From NCBI RefSeq assembly GCF_000012345.1, contig NC_007205.1:570001-602000 (forward strand): a DNA stretch of 32,000 bases, written 5' to 3'. This document shows, piece by piece, positions 17,974 to 28,474 of this stretch. The translations under genes and the position numbers were made by a program. The DNA comes from Candidatus Pelagibacter ubique HTCC1062 (GTDB lineage Bacteria; Pseudomonadota; Alphaproteobacteria; Pelagibacterales; Pelagibacteraceae). Below the pieces are notes generated by a model that worked only from the letters and a program-made list of their open reading frames with translations, made no database searches and was not told the DNA's origin. Position 1 is the first letter of the stretch. Every line of letters begins with the position of its first letter.

Positions 17974-19026
17974 ATGAAAAAATATTACACAAGAGCGTGT
18001 AATTTTGCTTATGGTCAATTTTCAATTGAATTAGTTAGAAAAAAAAAAAATCTTCCACTAAATGGTAATAAGAAAATTTCTTTTGGACAAATTGAAATTC
18101 TTACACGAACTTCTATCAAAAAAATTGATCTTAAAGATATAAAAAAATTACCCAAACTACTGAAAAAAAAAATTAATAAAGATCTCAAGACTATCGTTAA
18201 AAAAAATAAAAACTTTTCAAGTTTAAATTTTAATAAAATACCTAATATAATGGGTATATTAAATTTAACACCAGATAGTTTTTCTGATGGGGGTAAATTT
18301 AATAAAAAGAAAAAAGGAATATCTCATGCAAAGAATTTATTTAAATCTGGAGCAGATATTATTGATGTTGGTGGAGAATCAACAAGACCTGGATCTAAAC
18401 CTGTAAGTAAAAAGGAAGAATGGAATAGAATAAAAGAAATATTAAAAGATGTTAATAAAAAAATTCCACTATCATTAGATACAAGAAAATCAGAAATTAT
18501 GATTAAAGGGATTCATTTAGGAGTTAAACTTATAAATGACGTGTCAGGTCTAAGTTATGACCCTAAAACAGTTAAGGTATTGATAAAAAGCAAAACTCCA
18601 TTTGTCATTCAACATTCACAAGGTACACCAGAAAAAATGCAAAAAAACCCTAAGTACAAAAATGAATTATTAGATATTTATGATTTTTTTGAACAAAAGA
18701 TTAAATTTTTAAGATCCATGGGTATAAAACATAATAATATTGTAATTGATCCAGGAATTGGTTTTGGAAAAAATTTGAAACATAATATGAATTTAATTAG
18801 AAGCGTTTCTATTTTTCATACTCTTGGTTTTCCTATATTACTTGGACTTTCTAGGAAAAAATTTATTAAGGATTTATCTGGAAAAAATGATAGCAAGGAA
18901 AGATTAGGTGGAACAGTATCTTCTTCCATGTATGCAATAATGCAAGGAGTTCAAATTCTAAGAATTCATGATGTGAATGAATTAAGACAAAGTATAAAAG
19001 TGTTTAAAGAATTAATTAAAAACTAA
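17974..19026 (+). CDS. folP: Dihydropteroate synthase, with an unusual 92-residue K-rich N-terminal extension
   Basis: The DHPS core starts at MGILNLTPDSFSDGG (Met93, nt 18250) and continues with DVGGESTRPG and DPGIGFGK. The upstream 92 codons are open and in frame (see findings). Confidence 0.85.
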   Translation: MKKYYTRACNFAYGQFSIELVRKKKNLPLNGNKKISFGQIEILTRTSIKKIDLKDIKKLPKLLKKKINKDLKTIVKKNKNFSSLNFNKIPNIMGILNLTPDSFSDGGKFNKKKKGISHAKNLFKSGADIIDVGGESTRPGSKPVSKKEEWNRIKEILKDVNKKIPLSLDTRKSEIMIKGIHLGVKLINDVSGLSYDPKTVKVLIKSKTPFVIQHSQGTPEKMQKNPKYKNELLDIYDFFEQKIKFLRSMGIKHNNIVIDPGIGFGKNLKHNMNLIRSVSIFHTLGFPILLGLSRKKFIKDLSGKNDSKERLGGTVSSSMYAIMQGVQILRIHDVNELRQSIKVFKELIKN

Positions 19027-20357
19027 TGGCAAAAAAATATTTTGGAACAGATGGAATAAGAGGTGCCGTTAATAGTAAAAATATTAATGGAGACATGTTT
19101 TTTAAATTTGGTCTTGCAACAGGAACTTACTTTAAAACTCAAAAAAAAAAGAAACAAATAGCAATAATTGCTAAAGATACGAGACTCTCAGGGTATAGTT
19201 TGGAACCTGCGTTAGTATCAGGACTTACATCGGCTGGTATGCACGTTTATACATTAGGCCCACTTCCAACTAATGGCTTAGCAATGCTCACAAAGAGTAT
19301 GAAAGCTAACATGGGAATTATGATTACAGCATCTCATAATCCATATCATGACAATGGGTTAAAATTATTTGGACCAGATGGGTTAAAACTGTCAAATAAA
19401 ATTGAAAAAAAAATTGAAACTTTAATTGATCAAAAAATTGAAAAATCTTTATCAAAACCAAAAAAATTGGGTCGTGTAAAAAGGTTAGAAACTGCAAATA
19501 AAGATTATATAAAAATTTTAAAAAATAATTTACCAAAAGATTTTAACCTAAGAGGTTTAAGAATAGTGATTGATTGTGCAAATGGGGCTGGATACAAGGC
19601 TGGGCCTGAATTATTAAAATCTTTAGGTGCTAAAGTATTTTCAATCGGAATAAATCCTAATGGTCTTAATATTAATAAAAATTGTGGATCTACTTTTCCA
19701 AATAAAATCAGATTAGCAGTAAAGAGATATAAAGCACATATAGGAATTTCACTTGATGGAGATGCCGATAGAATTATTATGTGTGATGAAAAAGGTATTG
19801 TAATTGATGGAGATCAAATAATTGCTGCAATAGCAATGAGGTGGAAAAGAAAAAAAATGTTAAAAGGAGGTGTAGTTGGCACTTTAATGTCTAACTATGG
19901 ATTAGAAAAGTTTTTTAAACTACATAATATAAAATTCTTAAGATCAAATGTAGGAGATCGCTTTGTAAAAGAGAAAATGCAAAAAAATAATTTTAATTTA
20001 GGTGGTGAACAATCAGGGCATATTATTCTAGGCAAATTTGCAACTACTGGAGATGGCTTATTAGTTGCTTTAGAAGTTTTATTTTCATTAAGAAAAGGAA
20101 AAAAAGCTAGTAGTTTTTTTAATACCTTTAATAAAACTCCACAAATATTAGAAAATATTGATGTTAAAGACAAAAATATAATTAAAAATATTGATATTAA
20201 AAATTCTATAAAATTAGCAGAAAAATTAATTAAAGGTCAAGGTAGAATATTAGTTAGAAGCTCAGGAACGGAGTCTAAAATCAGAGTAATGGGAGAGAGT
20301 GATAATATTAAATTACTTCAAAAATGTTTGAAAATCGTTTTAAGAAAAATTAAGTAA
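19026..20357 (+). CDS. glmM: Phosphoglucosamine mutase
   Basis: 443-aa ORF starting KYFGTDGIRG, with the active-site motif TASHNPYHDNGLK, DGDADR and GGEQSGH. The ftsH-folP-glmM order is conserved. Confidence 0.95.
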   Translation: MAKKYFGTDGIRGAVNSKNINGDMFFKFGLATGTYFKTQKKKKQIAIIAKDTRLSGYSLEPALVSGLTSAGMHVYTLGPLPTNGLAMLTKSMKANMGIMITASHNPYHDNGLKLFGPDGLKLSNKIEKKIETLIDQKIEKSLSKPKKLGRVKRLETANKDYIKILKNNLPKDFNLRGLRIVIDCANGAGYKAGPELLKSLGAKVFSIGINPNGLNINKNCGSTFPNKIRLAVKRYKAHIGISLDGDADRIIMCDEKGIVIDGDQIIAAIAMRWKRKKMLKGGVVGTLMSNYGLEKFFKLHNIKFLRSNVGDRFVKEKMQKNNFNLGGEQSGHIILGKFATTGDGLLVALEVLFSLRKGKKASSFFNTFNKTPQILENIDVKDKNIIKNIDIKNSIKLAEKLIKGQGRILVRSSGTESKIRVMGESDNIKLLQKCLKIVLRKIK

Positions 20358-20358
20358 A

Positions 20359-21171
20359 TTGAAACCAAAATCTAAAATATTAGTTATTGCCGGATCAGAT
20401 TCATCTGGTGGTGCTGGCATCCAAGCTGATATTAAAACTATCACAGCTTTAGGTTCGTATGCCATGACAGCAATAACAGCTGTCACAATCCAAAATACAA
20501 CAGGTGTAAAATCAATAGTACCAATTGATCCTAAGGAAATTTCAAATCAAATAGAATTTACCTCAAAAGACATTAAACCTGATGCCATAAAAATTGGAAT
20601 GTTGCATTCTACAAAAGTAATAAAATCAGTAATTCATTCATTAAATCTTATTAAAGTAAAAAAAATAATTTTAGATCCTGTTATGGTAGCTAAAGGTGGC
20701 GCAAAACTTATTGATGATAAGGCAATTCAGTTATTAAAAAATGAACTAATTAAAAAAGTTAGCCTAATTACTCCAAATATTCCAGAAGCGGAAATATTAA
20801 CTAAAACTAAAATAAGAACAAAAGAAGATATGATTTTTGCTGCCAGCATACTAATAAAATTAGGAGCAAAAAATGTTTTTATAAAAGGTGGTCATTTAGA
20901 ATCTAAAATCGTCCAAGATATTTTTGTAAACAAAAATGAAATTTTCATTATAAAAAATAAAAGAATTACAACCAGGAATACACATGGCACTGGTTGCACC
21001 CTTTCTTCTGCTATTTCTACATTCTTTTCATGTGGAAAAACCTTAAAGAGATCTTGTGAGCTTGCAACTAAGTATGTACACAATTCAATAAATTCAAACC
21101 TTAAATTCGGTAAAGGTCATGGGCCTATCAACCATTTAAGTTCAGTAACAATAGAAAAAAAATTTAGATAA
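20359..21171 (+). CDS. thiD: Hydroxymethylpyrimidine/phosphomethylpyrimidine kinase
   Basis: 270-aa ORF with a TTG start. Motifs: [27 protein letters not shown] and [10 protein letters not shown]. Confidence 0.9.
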   Translation: MKPKSKILVIAGSDSSGGAGIQADIKTITALGSYAMTAITAVTIQNTTGVKSIVPIDPKEISNQIEFTSKDIKPDAIKIGMLHSTKVIKSVIHSLNLIKVKKIILDPVMVAKGGAKLIDDKAIQLLKNELIKKVSLITPNIPEAEILTKTKIRTKEDMIFAASILIKLGAKNVFIKGGHLESKIVQDIFVNKNEIFIIKNKRITTRNTHGTGCTLSSAISTFFSCGKTLKRSCELATKYVHNSINSNLKFGKGHGPINHLSSVTIEKKFR

Positions 21172-22463
21172 TGAAAAATGTTGTAGTTGTTGGATCTCAA
21201 TGGGGTGATGAAGGAAAAGGTAAAATAGTCGACTGGCTATCAGACCAAGCAGATGTTGTTATTCGTTTTCAAGGAGGACACAATGCTGGACACACATTAG
21301 TAATTGATGGAACAACTTATAAATTAAGATTACTACCTTCTGGAATTGTAAGAAAAAATAAAATTTCTATTATAGGAAATGGAGTTGTTGTTGACCCGTG
21401 GGCACTATTAGAGGAAATAGAGGAAATTAAATCTAAGGGTGTTGAGGTTAATGTGGATAATTTTATAATTTCAGAATCTGCAAATCTTATTTTACCATTT
21501 CATAGAGAGATGGATGAAATAAGAGAAGATGCTGCTGGAAAAGGAAAAATTGGAACAACAAGAAGAGGAATTGGGCCAGCCTATGAAGATAAAGTGGGAA
21601 GAAGATCAATCCGTGTTATGGATCTAAGATCTGAGACTAATCTAGACCATAGATTGGAAACAGTGCTTCTTCATCATAATGCAATTAGAAAAGGGTTAGG
21701 TAAAAAAATTTTTGAAAAAGATAAACTTAAAGAAGAACTCTTAAAAATTGCTCCAGAAATATTAAAGTTTTCTCAACCTGTTTGGCTTAGAATTGATGAA
21801 TTTAAGAAACAAAAAAAAAGAATATTATTTGAAGGTGCACAAGGAATACTACTAGATGTGGATCATGGAACCTACCCTTTTGTAACATCATCCAATACTG
21901 TTGCATCTGCGGCTGCAACAGGAACTGGTTGTGGTCCTAATTCTATTCATTATGTTCTTGGAATAACAAAAGCTTACACTACCAGAGTTGGTGAAGGACC
22001 TTTTCCAACTGAGTTAACAGATGATATTGGAGAATTGCTTGGTTCAAGAGGAAAAGAATTTGGGACGGTCACTAGTAGAAAAAGAAGGTGTGGTTGGTTT
22101 GATGGTGTTTTGGTTAGACAAACAATTAAAATTTCAGGCATAGACGGAATAGCATTAACTAAATTAGATGTTTTAGATGAATTAGATGAAATTAAGATGT
22201 GTGTCGAGTATGAGCTTGATGGCAAAAAAATGGATTACTTACCTGCTGCAGTTGAGGATCAGTTAAAAATTAAACCAATTTATAAAACTTTTCCTGGATG
22301 GAAAAGTTCCACACAAGGAATAAAGAATATTGAAAATTTACCAGAAAATGCAAAAAATTATATTTATGCATTAGAAGATTTTATTGGAACAAAAGTTTCA
22401 AGTATTTCAACAAGCCCTGAACGAGAAGATACTATTCTTTTAGAAAACCCCTTTGAGGTTTAG
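21171..22463 (+). CDS. purA: Adenylosuccinate synthetase
   Basis: 430-aa ORF with [11 protein letters not shown] (P-loop), [21 protein letters not shown] and GWFD. Confidence 0.97.
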   Translation: MKNVVVVGSQWGDEGKGKIVDWLSDQADVVIRFQGGHNAGHTLVIDGTTYKLRLLPSGIVRKNKISIIGNGVVVDPWALLEEIEEIKSKGVEVNVDNFIISESANLILPFHREMDEIREDAAGKGKIGTTRRGIGPAYEDKVGRRSIRVMDLRSETNLDHRLETVLLHHNAIRKGLGKKIFEKDKLKEELLKIAPEILKFSQPVWLRIDEFKKQKKRILFEGAQGILLDVDHGTYPFVTSSNTVASAAATGTGCGPNSIHYVLGITKAYTTRVGEGPFPTELTDDIGELLGSRGKEFGTVTSRKRRCGWFDGVLVRQTIKISGIDGIALTKLDVLDELDEIKMCVEYELDGKKMDYLPAAVEDQLKIKPIYKTFPGWKSSTQGIKNIENLPENAKNYIYALEDFIGTKVSSISTSPEREDTILLENPFEV

Positions 22464-23353
22464 TTTACTGGAAGTAGATTTTTAGATTTAGCAGACAATA
22501 ACATGTGTTTTTGAAGCTTCTCAAATGCTTTATTTTCAATTTGTCTAACTCTTTCTCTACTAATTTTGTATTTTTTACTTAAATCTTCAAGTGTTGTAGG
22601 TTCATCATTTAATCTTCTAGAGTATAAAATCTCTTTTTCTCTTTCATTAAGAATTTTTATAGAATCTTTAAGTAAGTTTTGTCTTTGACCCATTTCTTCT
22701 TGATGTGCAAATTTAAGATCATGATCAAGCTCTTTATCTACCAACCAGTCTTGCCACTCATCACCATCTTCTCCAACTTGTGCATTTAAAGAAAATTCTT
22801 TGCCAGATAGTCTTCTGTTCATTGAAATTACTTCATCTTTGTTGACATCTAACTTGTTTGCAATTTCAGTTACATGTTCAGGTCTTAAATCACCTTCAGA
22901 TTGAGGAGCGATTTGATTTTTAATTTTCTTTAAATTGAAAAATAATTTTTTTTGAGCAGTTGTTGTTCCTATTTTTACTAAGCTCCAAGATCTTAGAATA
23001 TATTCTTGTATAGAAGCTCTAATCCACCACATTGCATAAGTTGCTAATCTAAATCCTTTCTCAGGTTCAAATTTTTTAACAGCTTGCATTAGCCCAACAT
23101 TTCCTTCTGAAATCATTTCATTTACTGGAAGACCGTATCCCCTGTAACCCATCGCAATTTTTGCAACGAGTCTTAGATGACTAGTAACAAGTTTTTCTGC
23201 AGCTTTAACATTTCCTGTTGCCTTCCAATTTTTTGCAAGCATATATTCTTCTTCTGCTGCCAGCATAGGAAATTTTTTAATTTGTTCCAGATAAGCTGAT
23301 AAACCACCTTCATTAGAAAGTGCAGGAAGATTACTATTCATTGTAGTACTCAT
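22460..23353 (-). CDS. rpoH: RNA polymerase sigma-32 factor (heat shock)
   Basis: 297-aa sigma-70 family ORF containing an RpoH-box-like segment, [15 protein letters not shown], plus [19 protein letters not shown]. Confidence 0.9.
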   Translation of the reverse strand: MSTTMNSNLPALSNEGGLSAYLEQIKKFPMLAAEEEYMLAKNWKATGNVKAAEKLVTSHLRLVAKIAMGYRGYGLPVNEMISEGNVGLMQAVKKFEPEKGFRLATYAMWWIRASIQEYILRSWSLVKIGTTTAQKKLFFNLKKIKNQIAPQSEGDLRPEHVTEIANKLDVNKDEVISMNRRLSGKEFSLNAQVGEDGDEWQDWLVDKELDHDLKFAHQEEMGQRQNLLKDSIKILNEREKEILYSRRLNDEPTTLEDLSKKYKISRERVRQIENKAFEKLQKHMLLSAKSKNLLPVN

Positions 23354-23395
23354 AAGTTGTATTTATTTAATTGACTATAGTATTATTTCAAGGTT

Positions 23396-24376
23396 TTATT
23401 TGCCAGTATTTCTAAGTAATACTAAAATATTTTCAAGTTCTTGTGGCAAAATTGAGGTAAAAACCATTTCCTCATTAGTTCTTGGGTGAATAAACCCCAA
23501 TGTTTGAGCATGCAAAAATTGTCTATCTAATTTATAAATTAAATTTTCTAAATTAGTATCGATATTTTTAAGTTTTTTATATTTTTTTTTATATTTTCCA
23601 TCACCCATAATACTATTACCCATATGTGTCATGTGAACTCTTATTTGATGTGTTCTTCCAGTTTCCAATCTGCATTCCACTAAGCTTAATGTAGGAGTTT
23701 TATCATTTTCAAAAATTTCAATTGTTTTGTAATTAGTGATTGCTCTTTTGCCTTTAGAATTGCTGACTTCCATCATCTGTCTATTTTTTGAGCTTCTAGT
23801 TATAAACGTATCAATTTTTCCAGAGGACGGTCTTAGTTTCCCCCAAATTAAAAGCTGATAAACTCTTGTAATTGTGTGCTCACTAAATTGATGTGATAAG
23901 TTTTCGTGTGTTTCATTATTTTTAGCAATAACTATTAATCCAGAAGTATCCTTGTCAATCCTATGAACTATGCCAGGTCTTAGTTCATCACCTATTGTGG
24001 ATAACGAGTCCTTGTTATAATGCATTAAGGCGTTAACAATTGTTTCATCATAATTTCCTGCACCTGGATGCATGATTATACCTGCCGGCTTGTTGATTAT
24101 TAGCAAATCATCATCTTCATAAACAATTTGTAACTTAAAATTATATGGTTTTAATGACGCTTCTTTAGGTTCTGGAATTTGAAGATTTATCTCATCTCCA
24201 CTTAATACTTTTTTTGACGGACTATTAATAATTTGATCATTTATTTTTAATTTTTCTTTAAGAATTAAATTCTTAATTCTAGTTCTGCTAATTAAGTTTT
24301 CTCTTTTATTGATGAACACATCAAGCCTGAGATTATTTTCATCTTCACCAACTATTAAATTAATGTTTTTTTCCAT
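23396..24376 (-). CDS. rluD: 23S rRNA pseudouridine synthase, RluD/RluA family
   Basis: S4-like N-terminus followed by the catalytic motif HRIDKDTSGLIVIAKN and TGRTHQIRVH. The start is placed at ATG 24376; the ORF-track start at 24487 reads through the tRNA gene and is rejected. Confidence 0.85.
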   Translation of the reverse strand: MEKNINLIVGEDENNLRLDVFINKRENLISRTRIKNLILKEKLKINDQIINSPSKKVLSGDEINLQIPEPKEASLKPYNFKLQIVYEDDDLLIINKPAGIIMHPGAGNYDETIVNALMHYNKDSLSTIGDELRPGIVHRIDKDTSGLIVIAKNNETHENLSHQFSEHTITRVYQLLIWGKLRPSSGKIDTFITRSSKNRQMMEVSNSKGKRAITNYKTIEIFENDKTPTLSLVECRLETGRTHQIRVHMTHMGNSIMGDGKYKKKYKKLKNIDTNLENLIYKLDRQFLHAQTLGFIHPRTNEEMVFTSILPQELENILVLLRNTGK

Positions 24377-24399
24377 AAAATGTAATATTAATACTATAT

Positions 24400-24476
24400 G
24401 CGCTTGTAGCTCAACTGGATAGAGCGCCTGACTTCGGATCAGGAGGTTCTGGGTTCGACTCCTAGCAGGCGCACCA
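24400..24476 (+). tRNA. tRNA-Arg (anticodon UCG), CCA encoded
   Basis: A manual cloverleaf fold of the 77-nt sequence works on the plus strand.
- Acceptor stem GCGCTTG/CAGGCGC
- D arm GCTC-AACTGGATA-GAGC
- Anticodon stem CCTGA/TCAGG with loop CTTCGGA (anticodon TCG)
- Variable loop AGGTT
- T arm CTGGG-TTCGACT-CCTAG
- Discriminator A followed by CCA
The region is locally GC-rich in an AT-rich background. Confidence 0.9.
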
Positions 24477-24492
24477 TAACCAAACAAAATGT

Positions 24493-25425
24493 CTAATACT
24501 TTGATGCCCTCCGCAATCTATCATTTATAGTTTTACCAAGTCCTATATTAGGAATCTTTTCCACAGCAATCGATTTATAACCCTTATTTTTTATTTTTCT
24601 GAGACACGAATAAAGATTTTTTGCTGCTTCATCTAAATTACTTTTCGAAGTTAAATAAAAATAGCTTTTGAGTTTAGTTTTCTTTTTCTTAATTAAAATG
24701 AAAGCTTCGTTATTTTTGGGTTTTGTGACGTTCATTCTTAAAGGAATACCAGGAGAGTAATGTAGCCGTGATTGGCCGGGAGCTATTTTTTTCTTAGGAT
24801 TGGTAGATATATTCATCTTAAAACCTAAAGCTTTTTGAATTTTTGAAATATCTAGACCTCCTAATCTTAGTATAGTTGGTTTAGCTGTAAGGTTAACTAT
24901 TGTAGACTCTATTCCAATAGCGCAAGTACCTCCGTCTAAAATATATTTAATTTTATTACCGAATTCTTCTTTAACATCTTTTGCTTTAACAGCACTTACT
25001 TTAGTTGTAATATTAGCACTAGGTGCAGCCAATGGATAATCTAGCTGTTTTAGTAAATTTTTAAATATTGTGTGCTTTGGAAATCTTACTGCTAAACTTT
25101 TCTTATTATTAGTTACATATTTTGAAATCTTAGAGTTTTTTTTTAATTGTAATACGTATGTTATTGGGCCAGGGGAAAATTTTTTATAAAGTTTAATAAA
25201 ATTATCATTTATTAAACAATCTTTTTTAAGAGAATCGATATCGTGATAATGTACAATTAGAGGGTTGTTTTTTGGTCTCTTTTTTAAATTATAAATCTTT
25301 TTTACCGCTGAATTCTTGTATGCGTTAGCTGCTAGACCATAAACGGTTTCAGTTGGTACGCCAATACAGTAATTTTTATCAAGGTATTTTTTTGCTTTTT
25401 TGATATTTGATTGATTAGATTTCAT
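24493..25425 (-). CDS. tsaC: L-threonylcarbamoyladenylate synthase (Sua5/YwlC/TsaC family, long form)
   Basis: 310-aa ORF with a YrdC-domain N-terminus (IGVPTETVYGLAANA, KKRPKNNPLIVH, PSAN) and a Sua5-type C-terminal domain. Confidence 0.88.
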   Translation of the reverse strand: MKSNQSNIKKAKKYLDKNYCIGVPTETVYGLAANAYKNSAVKKIYNLKKRPKNNPLIVHYHDIDSLKKDCLINDNFIKLYKKFSPGPITYVLQLKKNSKISKYVTNNKKSLAVRFPKHTIFKNLLKQLDYPLAAPSANITTKVSAVKAKDVKEEFGNKIKYILDGGTCAIGIESTIVNLTAKPTILRLGGLDISKIQKALGFKMNISTNPKKKIAPGQSRLHYSPGIPLRMNVTKPKNNEAFILIKKKKTKLKSYFYLTSKSNLDEAAKNLYSCLRKIKNKGYKSIAVEKIPNIGLGKTINDRLRRASKY

Positions 25426-25445
25426 GTATTAATAATTATTATTAT

Positions 25446-25691
25446 ATGAAAGATAAAAATTTACCACTTGATAATAACACACTGTCTCTTGAGGAGTTAA
25501 CAAAAGAGGCAAATAATATTATTGAATCTTTAGAGTCGGAGAAAGACTTGCAGAATTCAATTGATTCATACCAGCAATTATTAAAATTAAATAATATTAT
25601 TGAAAAAAAATTCTATAAAACTTCAAAAATGATCAATGAAGAAACAAAAAAAAAAATTAACAATATAAATTCAAAAAAAAATGCAAAATAA
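25446..25691 (+). CDS. xseB: Exodeoxyribonuclease VII small subunit
   Basis: 81-aa helical ORF (LSLEELTKEANNIIESLESEKDLQNSIDSYQQ). It sits immediately upstream of ispA-dxs, as in the E. coli xseB-ispA-dxs operon. Confidence 0.8.
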   Translation: MKDKNLPLDNNTLSLEELTKEANNIIESLESEKDLQNSIDSYQQLLKLNNIIEKKFYKTSKMINEETKKKINNINSKKNAK

Positions 25692-26553
25692 ACTTGCTAG
25701 AATAGCAAAAGATACAAACTTATTTTTAAAGCAATTTATTAAAGGACAAAAAAGAACAGAATTAATAGCTGCTATGGAATATGGGTTATTTCCAGGTGGA
25801 AAAAAAATTAGATCAAAAATTTTAATTGATATAGGAGCCATATTTAAAATTAATTATAAAACATTGATTTCTATTGGTGCTGCAGTTGAATGTATTCATG
25901 CTTATTCATTAATACATGATGATTTACCTTGCATGGATGATGATAAAATAAGAAGAGGAAAAATTTCTACACATATTAAATTTGGAGAATCAACAGCGGT
26001 ACTAGCAGGAAACTCACTTTTAACAATGGCTTTTGAAATCTTGGTTAGCTCTAGCTTAAAGATAAATGAAAAAATAAAAGTAGATCTAGTAAAAAAACTC
26101 TCAGAGACTTCTGGACATCTAGGAATAGCTGGTGGCCAATATTTAGATCTTAGTTTTGAAAAAAAAAAAGTTTCTAAAAGTAAAATTATAGACATGGAAA
26201 TAAAAAAAACAGGCAAGCTCTTTAGCTTTTGTTGTGCTGTCCCAGTTATTATTAAGAGAAAAAGTAATACACAAATAAAGTTTTTTGAAAATATAGGTTC
26301 AAATATTGGACTTTTATTTCAAATTGCTGACGATTTAATAGACTTTAAGGGCTCTACAGTTATTGCTGGTAAGTTAACCGGTAAAGACAAGAAAAAAGGT
26401 AAAGCCACTTTAATCAGTTTACTAGGATATCAAAATGCTATTAAATATGCTGATAAAATTAAGTCTAAAATAATTAAAGATTTAAATAAATATAGTTCAA
26501 ACACTAACAGTTTAAATGAAACCCTAGACTACATTTTAAAAAGAAATAAATAA
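25681..26553 (+). CDS. ispA: (2E,6E)-farnesyl/geranyl diphosphate synthase
   Basis: 290-aa ORF with the first DDxxD region [18 protein letters not shown] and the second Asp-rich motif FQIADDLID. Confidence 0.88.
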   Translation: MQNKLARIAKDTNLFLKQFIKGQKRTELIAAMEYGLFPGGKKIRSKILIDIGAIFKINYKTLISIGAAVECIHAYSLIHDDLPCMDDDKIRRGKISTHIKFGESTAVLAGNSLLTMAFEILVSSSLKINEKIKVDLVKKLSETSGHLGIAGGQYLDLSFEKKKVSKSKIIDMEIKKTGKLFSFCCAVPVIIKRKSNTQIKFFENIGSNIGLLFQIADDLIDFKGSTVIAGKLTGKDKKKGKATLISLLGYQNAIKYADKIKSKIIKDLNKYSSNTNSLNETLDYILKRNK

Positions 26554-28466
26554 TGCAAAACTATAAATTTCTCAAAGATATTAATTTTCCTTCTGACTTA
26601 AGAAAATTATCAGAGAACGATCTTCAAGAAGTTTCTAACGAAGTTAGAAAAGAGATGATTGATGCAGTATCTGAAACAGGAGGACACTTAGGTGCAGGTC
26701 TTGGGGTTGTTGAGCTAACCGTAGCTTTACATTACGTATTTGATACTCCAAATGACAGACTAATTTGGGATGTGGGTCATCAAACTTATCCACATAAAAT
26801 TTTGACTGGAAGAAAATCAAAAATTAAAACATTGAGACAAGGCAATGGATTGTCTGGTTTTACAAAAAGATCTGAAAGTGAGTATGATCCATTTGGTGCA
26901 GCACATAGCTCAACATCAATATCATCAGCTCTAGGCATGGCGGAAGCAAATAAGTTATCAAATAAATTAAATAATATAATTGCAGTCATAGGAGATGGTG
27001 CAATTAGTGCGGGGATGGCATATGAGGCAATGAATAACGCAGGTGCTTCAAAAACTAAAATGATTGTTATTTTAAATGATAACGATATGTCGATTGCAAA
27101 ACCAGTAGGTGCTATGAGAACTTATTTAGCTAAACTTTTAACAGGAAAAATTTATTTTAGTTTAAGGGAAACTTTTAAATTAATAGTTTCTGCTTTTTCT
27201 AAAAGATTTAGTGTGAAAGCTGGAAAAGCTGAGGATTTTTTAAGATCAGCTGTAACTGGGGGTACTCTTTTTAATTCTTTAGGTTTTTATTATGTTGGTC
27301 CAATAGATGGACATGATTTGTCTACACTCATACCGATTTTAAAAAATGCAAGAGACTCAAAGCATCAAGGTCCAATTATGATTCATATAAAAACTCAAAA
27401 AGGTAAAGGATATTCTTATGCTGAAAAAGCTAGTGATCATTATCACGGTGTTTCAAAATTTAATGTTGTAACTGGCGAACAGGTAAAAAGTGGAACAAAT
27501 CTTCCAGCTTATACAAAGGTTTTTGCAAACACTTTAGTGAAACATGCAGAAAGAGACAGTAAGGTTGTAGGAGTTACTGCTGCTATGCCAGGTGGAACGG
27601 GTATGGATATTTTTGCCAAAGATTTTCCAAAAAGAATGTTTGATGTTGGAATTGCTGAGCAGCATGCTGTTACTTTTGCAGCAGGGTTAGCCACTGAAGG
27701 CTATAAGCCATATGTTGCAATCTATTCGACTTTTTTACAAAGAGCTTATGATCAAGTGGTTCATGATGTGGCTATTCAAAGTTTACCTGTGAGATTTATT
27801 ATAGATAGAGCAGGTTTAGTAGGTGCTGATGGATCAACTCATGCTGGCTCATTCGATATTACTTATCTTTCTACTCTTCCTAATTTTATAGTAATGGCAC
27901 CAAGTGATGAAGCAGAATTAGTTAAAATGACAAATACATCGATGACAATCAATAACAAACCTTGTGCTATTAGATACCCAAGAGGAAATGGTATAGGAGT
28001 GGAATTACCATCAATAGATGAGAACATAGAGATTGGAAAAGGAAGAGTTATTCAAGAAGGGAAACAAGTTTGTATTTTAAGTATAGGAACTAGATTGGAA
28101 GAATGTAAAATTGCAGCAGCAGAATTAAAAAATAAAGGAATTGAGTCAACGATAGTTGACGCTCGTTTTGCTAAACCCTTGGACCAAGAACTTATTTTAA
28201 AGTGTGCGCGAGAACATGAGGCTATGATTACTGTAGAAGAAGGATCTATTGGAGGTTTTGGCTCTCACGTGGAAAATTTATTATCAGAAAAAGGTATATT
28301 TGATAAAGGTTTAAAATTTAGAACCATGATATTGCCTGATATTTTCATCGAACAAGATAGTCCAAAAAAAATGTATGATGTTGCTGGTCTTAACGCATCT
28401 CAAATATCAAAAAAAATACTAGACATCTTATTTACAAAAGAGTCGATAAAAGTAGTTAAAAATTAA
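26553..28466 (+). CDS. dxs: 1-deoxy-D-xylulose-5-phosphate synthase
   Basis: 637-aa ORF with [49 protein letters not shown] and GADGSTHAG. Confidence 0.96.
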   Translation: MQNYKFLKDINFPSDLRKLSENDLQEVSNEVRKEMIDAVSETGGHLGAGLGVVELTVALHYVFDTPNDRLIWDVGHQTYPHKILTGRKSKIKTLRQGNGLSGFTKRSESEYDPFGAAHSSTSISSALGMAEANKLSNKLNNIIAVIGDGAISAGMAYEAMNNAGASKTKMIVILNDNDMSIAKPVGAMRTYLAKLLTGKIYFSLRETFKLIVSAFSKRFSVKAGKAEDFLRSAVTGGTLFNSLGFYYVGPIDGHDLSTLIPILKNARDSKHQGPIMIHIKTQKGKGYSYAEKASDHYHGVSKFNVVTGEQVKSGTNLPAYTKVFANTLVKHAERDSKVVGVTAAMPGGTGMDIFAKDFPKRMFDVGIAEQHAVTFAAGLATEGYKPYVAIYSTFLQRAYDQVVHDVAIQSLPVRFIIDRAGLVGADGSTHAGSFDITYLSTLPNFIVMAPSDEAELVKMTNTSMTINNKPCAIRYPRGNGIGVELPSIDENIEIGKGRVIQEGKQVCILSIGTRLEECKIAAAELKNKGIESTIVDARFAKPLDQELILKCAREHEAMITVEEGSIGGFGSHVENLLSEKGIFDKGLKFRTMILPDIFIEQDSPKKMYDVAGLNASQISKKILDILFTKESIKVVKN

Positions 28467-28474
28467 ATTTAAAA

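Noticed and set aside
23386-23392. CTTGAAA on the minus strand upstream of rpoH, resembling the sigma-32 -35 element.
   Set aside because: There is no matching -10 (CCCCAT-type or CYTATNT-type) at the required spacing of about 13-18 nt. The only nearby CTATAGT is 8 nt away.
24377-24487. The ORF-track version of the rluD ORF extends 37 codons further upstream (MFGYGAPARSRTQNLLIRSQALYPVELQAHIVLILHF...).
   Set aside because: This stretch is the reverse-complement reading of the tRNA-Arg gene (24400-24476). The S4-like N-terminus of RluD begins at MEKNINLIVGEDENN (ATG at 24376).
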